The translations under genes were made by a program, and so were the position numbers. The notes beneath the pieces are model-generated. The model saw only the letters and a program-made list of their open reading frames with translations, was not told where the DNA came from and searched no databases. This document shows, one piece after another, positions 30,692 through 37,948 of a stretch of 64,000 bases of DNA; within the stretch, counting starts at the first letter, position 1, and each line of letters begins with the position of its first letter. The DNA comes from a virus (Duplodnaviria; Caudoviricetes), in the IMG/VR virus record IMGVR_UViG_3300035208_006553, positions 32,001 through 96,000 of that record. One strand, 5' to 3'.

Positions 30692-30829
30692 AACCTTTGA
30701 TTTTGAATTAAAAACCTACTATTTTCCATTTCTTTTTTGTCTCTTTCTTTATAAATTCCATAAACTTTAATGTATAATAAAATAGTAACAATGTTTAATA
30801 GTATTATTTGATTAATAAAAAGAGGTAGT

Positions 30830-31501
30830 ATGAAAAAAGTAATAATTTTTACAGGGTTTGGAAGTTTTTTATTTGGATGTATTGTAGTTTTTTTATTTCA
30901 TTATTATTTACTAAAGGAACCACAACATACTAAAATAACTGAAACTATTTATAATAGTAATTTTGAAATAGGGATAGTTAAAGAAGATTTAGCTACTTAT
31001 GGTAGATCTTCAATTTTTATAAAAATTGTTACACCTGCTATTGAAAATGCTGCTGAAAAGTATAAAATACCTATAGGTTTGTTACATGCTATTTTTAGAG
31101 TTGAAAGTGATTATAGACCGCAGATTGACCATAACAAAGTAACTGTTCCCGTGCATGGAAATAATATTATTACAAATGCCATAGGAATGGGAGGTGTGTT
31201 ATGGGTGTATTGGGGTGATAGTTTGAAAGCACGGGGAATTGCAGAAACTGAAATGGATTTGTATTTTCCACAAATTGCAATAGAAGCAACAGCTTATATA
31301 TTAAAACAAATGATTGATACAGAAACAAAAGTCAATGGTAATTTAAACTCGTTTAATGTATTGTCTAATATAATTAAAAGATATTTTGGAGCTTACAGTC
31401 TAATGTATTTAGCAAAAATGGAAAAGTATACGAGTGATCTTTGGATGAAACGAATAGCGAAAGAAGTATTAGATTTAACAAAACAAAAATACAAAGAATG
31501 A
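30830..31501 (+). CDS. Lytic transglycosylase (SLT-like) with N-terminal membrane segment
   Basis: AAEKYKIP..LLHAIFRVES, AIGMG, hydrophobic N-terminus. Confidence 0.7.
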   Translation: MKKVIIFTGFGSFLFGCIVVFLFHYYLLKEPQHTKITETIYNSNFEIGIVKEDLATYGRSSIFIKIVTPAIENAAEKYKIPIGLLHAIFRVESDYRPQIDHNKVTVPVHGNNIITNAIGMGGVLWVYWGDSLKARGIAETEMDLYFPQIAIEATAYILKQMIDTETKVNGNLNSFNVLSNIIKRYFGAYSLMYLAKMEKYTSDLWMKRIAKEVLDLTKQKYKE

Positions 31502-31526
31502 TTGGCTAATTTTATTTGATAGTAAA

Positions 31527-31712
31527 ATGTATCAGTCTGATAATATAAAAAATAAATTTAGATTAAAAATATTTTTATTGTTGAAGAAAAATACAGATCA
31601 ATTTTTAGAAACAAAAAATGAATTAATAAAGAAAAATGTATTAAGACGGATAAACAAATTATTAGACTGTATTTATTTATTTATTAAATCTAAAAGAATT
31701 AGTTTAAGCTAA
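31527..31712 (+). CDS. Small basic protein, paralogue of 35128-35298
   Basis: KIFLLLKKNTD...LRRINKLLDCIYL versus KIFLLLKENTD...LRRINKLLTCIYL. Confidence 0.55.
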   Translation: MYQSDNIKNKFRLKIFLLLKKNTDQFLETKNELIKKNVLRRINKLLDCIYLFIKSKRISLS

Positions 31713-31724
31713 TTTGAGGATACA

Positions 31725-32664
31725 ATGAACCAAGAACTAAACAAAATAATAAGCGATTTAGAATATGCTGCTTATAATTTATGTAACGGCAAAAAAGATA
31801 CAGATTTACCGCCGGGAATAATTAACTCTACTGGCGCAGAGGATTCTCTTTTAATTGCTATACGTGATTTGAAAGAGATAACCAATCGCCACGAACCGCT
31901 AGTTAGCGGGAAACTTGCGGACTTTACAGTTTCTGAGCTAATGATAAAAATGAATGAAATTATCGGACAATATCCAGTGCAAGGTAATTATGCAGATGAT
32001 GGAAGATATACTTACCCCGGTAGATGGAATGCTTTACTTAAATACATAAAAGAAAAATGAAAACAGTGATTACTAAAAACGGAAATCTTGCTTGTAACAT
32101 TACAAGTGACGAATTGGAACAAATTAAAGAAGATTTGCGACCGACAACAAGACGCAATGATTCTCTATACGAAATATTTAAGCAAATAGCAGAAGAAGAT
32201 AAAAAGGTGAATCCAGAACTTTACGAAGATACTACCCGCTAATAATTACAACGAAACGATGTGACGGTTAATTTAACACGAACATAAAAGAAGAAATAAT
32301 GGATTTAAACCAACTTTATATTGAAAATTGTGAGGGCTTTGACGAGTATATGCCCGATGGTTCTTGCCGAAACGGATTGCGAATGACACTTGATGGATTT
32401 CAAAATGCACTAAGAAAATTGAGTGGTCAAATTGAACCGCAAGTTATAAAGCAAACGGCGGAAGCAATAAGAGAACTTTTACAGTTAGCACAAGCAACCC
32501 ATACTTATTGTGAGGATGGTTATTATAGTTGCCCGAAAGCTGAAGGTGGATGCTATAATGGTGCTTATAAAGAAGATGAATGTAATTGCGGTGCAGACAA
32601 ACAAAACGAACGAGTTACAGAATTAAAAACAATTTTAATGAATGATAGACGTTTGACGTTGTAG
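31725..32664 (+). other. Cassette-region CDSs 31725-32060, 32057-32242 and 32299-32664 (hypothetical)
   Basis: attC arms inside the coding regions (GTTAGCGGG 31902, GTTATAAAG 32443); stop at 32242 lies in CCCGCTAAT. Confidence 0.6.
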
Positions 32665-32948
32665 AAAAGAAGTATTAGCATGGGCTTTGAAAGTACAAAA
32701 TGAAGAAAGCATACATCCTTTTGATGTGGTATCAAGTTCTAAATCTGATAATTGGAAATTTTATTAATAGTATATGTTTTATAAATGTAAAAGAAAGTAG
32801 TTAAAAGTTAACTTAAATACTGTAATTTTATGTTGAAAATAAAAGAATTTCATAGAAGATACTTCTTGATTTATTGTATCCTTTATTACATATTGTAGTT
32901 GTAAGAATTATAAAAATAATCAGGAGAAAAAAAAATGGATGCATCAAC
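32661..32948. repeat. 288-bp direct repeat, copy 2, inserted in array 1
   Basis: Identical to 4068-4355. Confidence 0.95.
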
Positions 32949-32999
32949 TTACAAAAACACACCAACAAAATTAAATATTCTAGAACAAGAAGTAAAACA

Positions 33000-33197
33000 A
33001 TATAGCGGAAATGCGTTTAGCCGGACACGGGAATTTAATAAAATAAATTTGAGGTTGATATGAAAGATTACCAAGTAACAATAGACTTAGCAAAAAACAT
33101 TTGAACATGGAAGAGGTTGACCCCGATGTATGGGCTGCAGACGTGGCAAAGCTCATACGAATAATTGAAAGTATTCCAGCTGAAACGCTGATTAGGC
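33000..33197 (-). repeat. Degenerate attC-like site (both core triplets mutated)
   Basis: ATAGCGGAAATGCGTTTAGCCGGA ... TCCAGCTGAAACGCTGATTAGGC; closely resembles the 34394 site. Confidence 0.6.
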
Positions 33198-33421
33198 GAG
33201 GGCGTTCTTTGCCCGATGTGGCTTGCGGTAATTGTAAACAAATAGAGTTTTGGTATATGAAAATAAAAATCCAAGACGAATGGATGGACGGAGTAAGCGG
33301 GGAATATAATTTTGTTAAACAATACTGCGATGCAATTACTGACCACGACTGGAAAATAATAAAAGTTACACAGTATAGAGGCGACAAGGAAGAAGAAATT
33401 GAAAGCAAGCCATCTGCCTAA
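33060..33421 (+). pseudogene. Cassette gene with an apparent frameshift in A6
   Basis: GAGG RBS and ATG 33060; one extra A at 33092-33097 joins it to the 33101-33421 frame. Confidence 0.5.
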
Positions 33422-33606
33422 CGGCTGAGCCATAACCCGCCGAGCGGGAATTGAAAACTAAAATAGGAATTGAAAAATGAAAAACATTAACGATTGGATA
33501 ACAGAAAATTTTCTTGCAAGCGAGAGAGAAAATAAATTAAATGATCTTAAAGAAATAATTTTATCCGACCGAGCAAGCGAGGTCGGTGTTAATGGCATCG
33601 TTATGC
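33416..33606 (-). repeat. attC-like site
   Basis: GCCTAAC.GGCTGA.GCCATAACCCGCC pairs with GGTCGGTGTTAATGGC.ATC.GTTATGC. Confidence 0.8.
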
Positions 33607-33935
33607 CGAAAATTGGTGAACCGGCACTTAGTAACTGGACATTGGTTTGCAACTTGTTAGATGAGTTTCTGCAAGCTAATCGCCACGAAGTTTTTGTTAT
33701 AGCGAGTGAGCATACCGAAGGTAGCTCTGCGAACGGTGCGGTTGCGGACGTACAGGAGTTGTTAAGGGCAATAAGAGATTTAGACCAAAGGGAAAGGTTG
33801 GTTCTCACTATGTATTACAACGAAAAATTAACGTTAAAAGAAATTGCATCTATCTTTGATTGGACGATTGACGCAACACAAAAACAGTTTGAAAATATTA
33901 TAAACAAACTAAAGATAGCAACCGCATCGCTATAA
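33477..33935 (+). CDS. Cassette protein with C-terminal sigma70 region-4 HTH
   Basis: AIRDLDQRERLVLTMYYNEKLTLKEIASIF; contains two attC arms (33600, 33696). Confidence 0.75.
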   Translation: MKNINDWITENFLASERENKLNDLKEIILSDRASEVGVNGIVMPKIGEPALSNWTLVCNLLDEFLQANRHEVFVIASEHTEGSSANGAVADVQELLRAIRDLDQRERLVLTMYYNEKLTLKEIASIFDWTIDATQKQFENIINKLKIATASL

Positions 33936-34060
33936 CGTAGTTGCGGCTAAACTGCACCGACATAGGAAAAAATAATTAAATGAATTATAAATTCACGCAT
34001 ATCATCAAATGCGAAAATCTAAGACACCGTAAGGTGTCAGATTTGAGCCGCTGGTTATGT
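33930..34060 (-). repeat. attC-like site
   Basis: ATAAC.GTAGTT.GCGGCTAAACTGCACC pairs with GGTG(T)CAG(A)TTT(G)AGCCGC.TG.GTTAT. Confidence 0.88.
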
Positions 34061-34070
34061 GGAAAATTTT

Positions 34071-34153
34071 GGAAGGTTGCGAGCAATGGCGCTCAAGCGG
34101 TCTTGAAAACCGTGCTATCGGCAACGATAAGGGTTCGATTCCTTAACCTTCCG
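34071..34153 (+). tRNA. tRNA-Ser (anticodon TGA)
   Basis: Acceptor GGAAGGT/ACCTTCC, anticodon arm GCGGT-CTTGAAA-ACCGT, long variable arm, GGTTCGATTCC; no encoded CCA. Confidence 0.85.
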
Positions 34154-34156
34154 CTA

Positions 34157-34285
34157 GGTCGAGTTCGATTCTCGATGGGTTACTGACATGCTGGTGCGAA
34201 TGGAGTTAGGTTCGATTCCTAATGATTACGGTCTTAGAAATAAGATAACTCTGAGAGCTGAGTATGACAGCCGGGAAAGACCGGC
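34157..34285 (+). ncRNA. Structured inter-tRNA element with two T-arm-like hairpins and a terminal hairpin
   Basis: TCGAG-TTCGATT-CTCGA, TTAGG-TTCGATT-CCTAA, GCCGG-GAAAGA-CCGGC. Confidence 0.45.
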
Positions 34286-34289
34286 GAAT

Positions 34290-34372
34290 GGAAGATTGGC
34301 AGAGTGGTAATGCAACGGCTTGCTAAGCCGCACAACAGAAATGTTGCAGAGGTTCGATCCCTCTATCTTCCG
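34290..34372 (+). tRNA. tRNA-Ser (anticodon GCT)
   Basis: Acceptor GGAAGAT/ATCTTCC, TGGCAGAGTGG D arm, CGGC-TTGCTAA-GCCG, long variable arm, GGTTCGATCC. Confidence 0.9.
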
Positions 34373-34393
34373 CAAGATGCGAAAAATTTTTCC

Positions 34394-34598
34394 ACATAAC
34401 GGAGTTGCCCATAAGCGGACACGGAAATTTAATAAATAAATTTGAGGTTACAAATGCAAGACGAAAAATTAAACGAAATTAAAAGACGGATAGATGTTAC
34501 TTACCAGGGGGACAGAAATCTTGCCGTAATGTTACAAGATGTTATTTATCTCTATAAAAAACTGGAAGAAAGTGTTCCGCTTGATGGGCTGGTTATGA
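34394..34598 (-). repeat. attC-like site
   Basis: CATAAC.GGAGTT.GCCCATAAGCGGACAC pairs with GTG(T)TCCGCTT(G)ATGGGC.TG.GTTATG. Confidence 0.88.
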
Positions 34599-34747
34599 CG
34601 CAAGCCGACTACTTAAAAGAAATTGAGACAGCCATAGAAAACACAGTTAATGAATATGACCATATATTAAATATGAAGCGATACCCGCAAGTTGAAGATA
34701 TGGAAAAGTGGATTAGGAATTTGAGAGAAGCCATACAACCATTTTAG
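34454..34747 (+). CDS. Cassette hypothetical protein
   Basis: GAGG RBS and ATG inside the attC loop. Confidence 0.6.
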   Translation: MQDEKLNEIKRRIDVTYQGDRNLAVMLQDVIYLYKKLEESVPLDGLVMTQADYLKEIETAIENTVNEYDHILNMKRYPQVEDMEKWIRNLREAIQPF

Positions 34748-34755
34748 GCTTGTCG

Positions 34756-34887
34756 GTATAACGGATCAGCGACAACCCGCAAGCGGTAGTTTAATAAAAA
34801 CTAAATTGATAAAGGAATGATATATGAAAACAAAGAAAAATAAACCGACAAGCGATAGCGCAGTCGGCGTTGGTTGCGTAGTTAGTT
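34756..34887 (-). repeat. attC-like site
   Basis: TATAAC.GGATCA.GCGACAACCCG pairs with CGG(C)GTT(G)GTTGC.GTA.GTTAG. Confidence 0.78.
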
Positions 34888-35099
34888 TGCCGAACGAAAT
34901 TTTGATAGAGGTTGAAGGCAGACAAAAAAGAGTTTTAACGAAAGATTATGTAACCGCAAAGACTAAACAATTGCAAGAATTTGGTTACACAAAATTAACA
35001 GAAGAAGAAGTTTCTTCTGAATTACAAAATATATTAAGCAATAAACCGCTTAATGTTATTGGGATGTTTATGAAAGATGACATCGTGAGGTCAAACTAA
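34824..35099 (+). CDS. Cassette hypothetical protein
   Basis: Start in the attC loop; stop TAA is the core of the next site. Confidence 0.65.
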   Translation: MKTKKNKPTSDSAVGVGCVVSLPNEILIEVEGRQKRVLTKDYVTAKTKQLQEFGYTKLTEEEVSSELQNILSNKPLNVIGMFMKDDIVRSN

Positions 35100-35304
35100 C
35101 GTAGTTGAAACTAAAGCGTGAGCGAACATGGAAGACCAATTGAGAGTAAAGATATTTTTATTGTTGAAGGAAAATACGGATTTGTTCTTAACAACAAATA
35201 ATAAATTAATAAGAAGAAACTCATTGAGGCGAATAAACAAATTATTGACCTGTATTTATCTATTGAACTTAAAAGAGCGAATCGCTTTGAGTTTTTAGTT
35301 ATAA
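35094..35304 (-). repeat. attC-like site with a whole ORF in its loop
   Basis: CTAAC.GTAGTTG.AAACTAAAGCG pairs with CGCTTT(G)AGTTT.TTA.GTTAT. Confidence 0.78.
35128..35298 (+). CDS. 56-aa protein inside an attC loop (not in ORF track)
   Basis: MEDQLRVKIFLLLKENTD...; paralogue at 31527. Confidence 0.55.
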   Translation: MEDQLRVKIFLLLKENTDLFLTTNNKLIRRNSLRRINKLLTCIYLLNLKERIALSF

Positions 35305-35329
35305 ATTTTTTGGCGGAAGGAGCAAGACA

Positions 35330-35515
35330 ATGAAAATTATATTAGTACCACATTGTAAAAAATGCCCTCACGGTGCGCAATGGAATTTAGAAGGAACTGA
35401 ATATATGTGTGGAAAGAAAACAAAAATTAATTCTGATAAAAATATACCGGAATGGTGCCCTTTGATGGAAGCAACGGAGTTCTTAAGAAAGGTTAATAGC
35501 CAAAAACAATTATAA
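35330..35515 (+). CDS. Small Cys-rich cassette protein
   Basis: C..CPH...C...IPEWCPL; AAGGAG RBS; stop in TTATAAC. Confidence 0.65.
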   Translation: MKIILVPHCKKCPHGAQWNLEGTEYMCGKKTKINSDKNIPEWCPLMEATEFLRKVNSQKQL

Positions 35516-35794
35516 CGTGGCGCGGGCTTACCCGTTTGCGGTGAATGAAAAACTAAATTAGGAGAAACAACAATGATAGGTTTTAACAGAGTAGCAAAAT
35601 TTGATGATGGCAGATTGATGTATAGAAATATAATAACTAACGACTATACAAGGCTCTCTTTTGTGTATAGGGACGACATTAAATATAAACCTTACCCAAC
35701 TATGCAAATAACTTGTACAGGGTGGAGTTTTAGCTGGTGGAGGTTTTGGGTATGGCACGAAAAGAAGCAAATCAGGCTGAAACGCTAGTTAGCC
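35510..35794 (-). repeat. attC-like site enclosing ORF 35573-35788
   Basis: TTATAAC.GTGGC.GCGGGCTTACCCGTTTGC pairs imperfectly with GCAAATCAGGCTGAAACGC.TA.GTTAGCC. Confidence 0.65.
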
Positions 35795-35945
35795 AAGCCG
35801 CTTCTCGGGCGGTGTTGCTTGCGGAAATGAGAGAAGGATTACGAATAGCAATGAATAATTGGAAACGCTGTTATTATGGATATGGGAAAGAAGTTATGAA
35901 AGAAACAAGCGAAGAAACTTTGGCTAATTTACATTTAGATGATGA

Positions 35946-36410
35946 GTGGAGTGGATTAAATTAAACAAAACACAAAGCGTGTTAATGAAAATGAGCGAAG
36001 GTAATCCCGGAGCTTTAACAACGATGATGCAAATAATGATGGAACACGATAATATTGATCCGCAGGCGATGATGGGTGGAATGGGTGTGATATTATTATT
36101 TGACACATTCCAAATTTATGGCTCATCAATTTATATTTTGTTCAACGACCAATGTAACAGGGATGTGAGGGAGTTATTGATGCTAATGAGAGCTACGCAA
36201 CTTGGGTTATTCAGTAGTCGCAACCTTAAACAGATTGCCGATGACCAAATGGGAAAACATTTATTAAGCAAAGAGCAGATGGATGAACTTGATAAAAAAG
36301 TATGTGAGCAATTAGAACAATTTACAACCAGAGAAGCGTGGGAGAACGCAAAGAAGCATCCGTATAACGGATCTCCGTTTGTGCCGGTTGCGACATTAAT
36401 TAAAAAATAG
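35946..36410 (+). CDS. Hypothetical phage protein
   Basis: MSEGNPGAL...IYGSSIYILFND.C; reads into a degenerate attC arm at 36362. Confidence 0.6.
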   Translation: MEWIKLNKTQSVLMKMSEGNPGALTTMMQIMMEHDNIDPQAMMGGMGVILLFDTFQIYGSSIYILFNDQCNRDVRELLMLMRATQLGLFSSRNLKQIADDQMGKHLLSKEQMDELDKKVCEQLEQFTTREAWENAKKHPYNGSPFVPVATLIKK

Positions 36411-36498
36411 ATTTGGAGAAACAAGATGGGAGAAAACGAAACTAAGAATTGCGAACAAACGATGTGTCACTTAAACAGCAGAGACAAAAGAGAAAATT

Positions 36499-36660
36499 AT
36501 GCAAAGTAAAATAAAAGATTTTTGTAAAAGACATAAACCAGCAAACAAGACAATGACTTATTTAGCACATCTTGAATGGGTAGAACGAAAAATAAAGCAA
36601 GGGCATCAACAGTATGAATGCCCCAAGTGTAGGAGGTGGTTATTTAAGTGTGAAATGTAA
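36499..36660 (+). CDS. Small zinc-finger-like protein (53 aa, not in ORF track)
   Basis: ...GHQQYECPKCRRW. Confidence 0.5.
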   Translation: MQSKIKDFCKRHKPANKTMTYLAHLEWVERKIKQGHQQYECPKCRRWLFKCEM

Positions 36661-36705
36661 GTTTTTATAATTAAATATTTATTATAAAATTAAAGGAGAA
36701 ATGCA

Positions 36706-37059
36706 ATGAGTTAGAATATTAAATTTATAGGTGAACGGAAATGTGTTAAGGAATTAATAGAGACAGCACAATTACCTGAAGAAGTAAGACAATGTATTTT
36801 AACTACGTTAAGTGAAGAAGATACTACCAAGAACAGTGTGAGAGTAGAAGGATGCAGACATACTTGGACAGGCAAAGAAAGTAGTTACAGTAATGTAGTA
36901 AAGTTAGTAGTTGAGCCCATAGATATTATATATCCGAAAATGTGTATAACACCTATTCGAGAATGTATTGAAAGTTGCGACAAAATATTAGAATATATGG
37001 AAGCGTTCATGGTTTCAGAGATAAAAATAAAATTAGAAAATACGATAAAGCGAGGTTAA
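36706..37059 (+). pseudogene. ORF with an amber codon at position 3
   Basis: AAGGAG upstream; ATG AGT TAG AAT ATT... in frame with 36838-37059. Confidence 0.45.
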
Positions 37060-37060
37060 T

Positions 37061-37651
37061 ATGTTTTTTAATGAATGGTATAATAAAAACACAAAATCTT
37101 TTCTTGATAAAAGCACAAAAGAGAAAATGTACACGGCACATAATTACGGATTTGAGGAGGGTTCAAAGAGGAACAAATATAACATAACGCAGAACTATTC
37201 TGCAAACGGTCCATTATTTTACAATCTTGAAGATAGAGAAGAATATTTAGCAATACTAAAATTTATAAAGTTGCTAGGGGTAGAAAGAATAGCCAATTTT
37301 ATTATGAATCAAAATAAATCAATTAAAGGATTACAAAACAACAATGATTTATTTGTCAAGGCATACAAAGAACAAACAGAAAAAAAGTAAGTAGTTCATT
37401 CGTAGAAAATCAAAATAACAATTACTTTAGTTACGAATACAAAAAGGAGTAAAACGATGAAAGAAAAAATTACTTTAAGTCAATTACGTAAAGACGAAAA
37501 ATATCGCAAGATGTCTCTCAAAAAACTTGAACATATTATTAATTGGAATATTAGTCACGGTGATTATAATACTTTAGAAGGTGAATATGCTATTGATAAG
37601 GCGCGCAATTTATTAAGTAAATGGACAAAGAAGATTATTGTTAAACGTTAG
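37061..37651 (+). other. Two hypothetical CDSs (37061-37390, 37457-37651)
   Basis: GAGG and AGGAG RBSs. Confidence 0.55.
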
Positions 37652-37948
37652 ATTAATTACTGACGTTAGACATAAAAATTTTTATACTAATAAAAGAAAA
37701 GGTTTCATTTATGTTGTGGATTGTATAATAGCCTACCGAAAAAGACTTATTCCTTTTTTAGATAGTTATAGCCGGTGAAATTTGTGTTTTGCCTTTTTTG
37801 ATACTATACATTTATTGTTAAGGGAAGGGAAAGTTAGAATTGCTTGTAAAAACCTCAGATATAATAATAGACACAAAAAATTCAGAATTAGTATTTTGCA
37901 AGACTTGTAAAAAATATTTTTCTAAAACGGAAATCATCACCCACATTT

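Larger units (their letters stand above)
31885..36468 (-). mobile_element. Integron-like cassette array 1 (attC cluster, no integrase seen)
   Basis: About 11 intact or degenerate TAAC...GTTA imperfect hairpins separating short genes; complementary unit ends; more G+C than flanks. Confidence 0.8.

Noticed and set aside
33980-34186. 68-aa ORF as a real full-length gene
   Set aside because: It runs through tRNA-Ser(TGA); only the loop-encoded start might be translated
31885-36468. Hairpins as rho-independent terminators or REP elements
   Set aside because: No U-tracts, arms are 100-250 nt apart and overlap coding sequence, and ends pair across units
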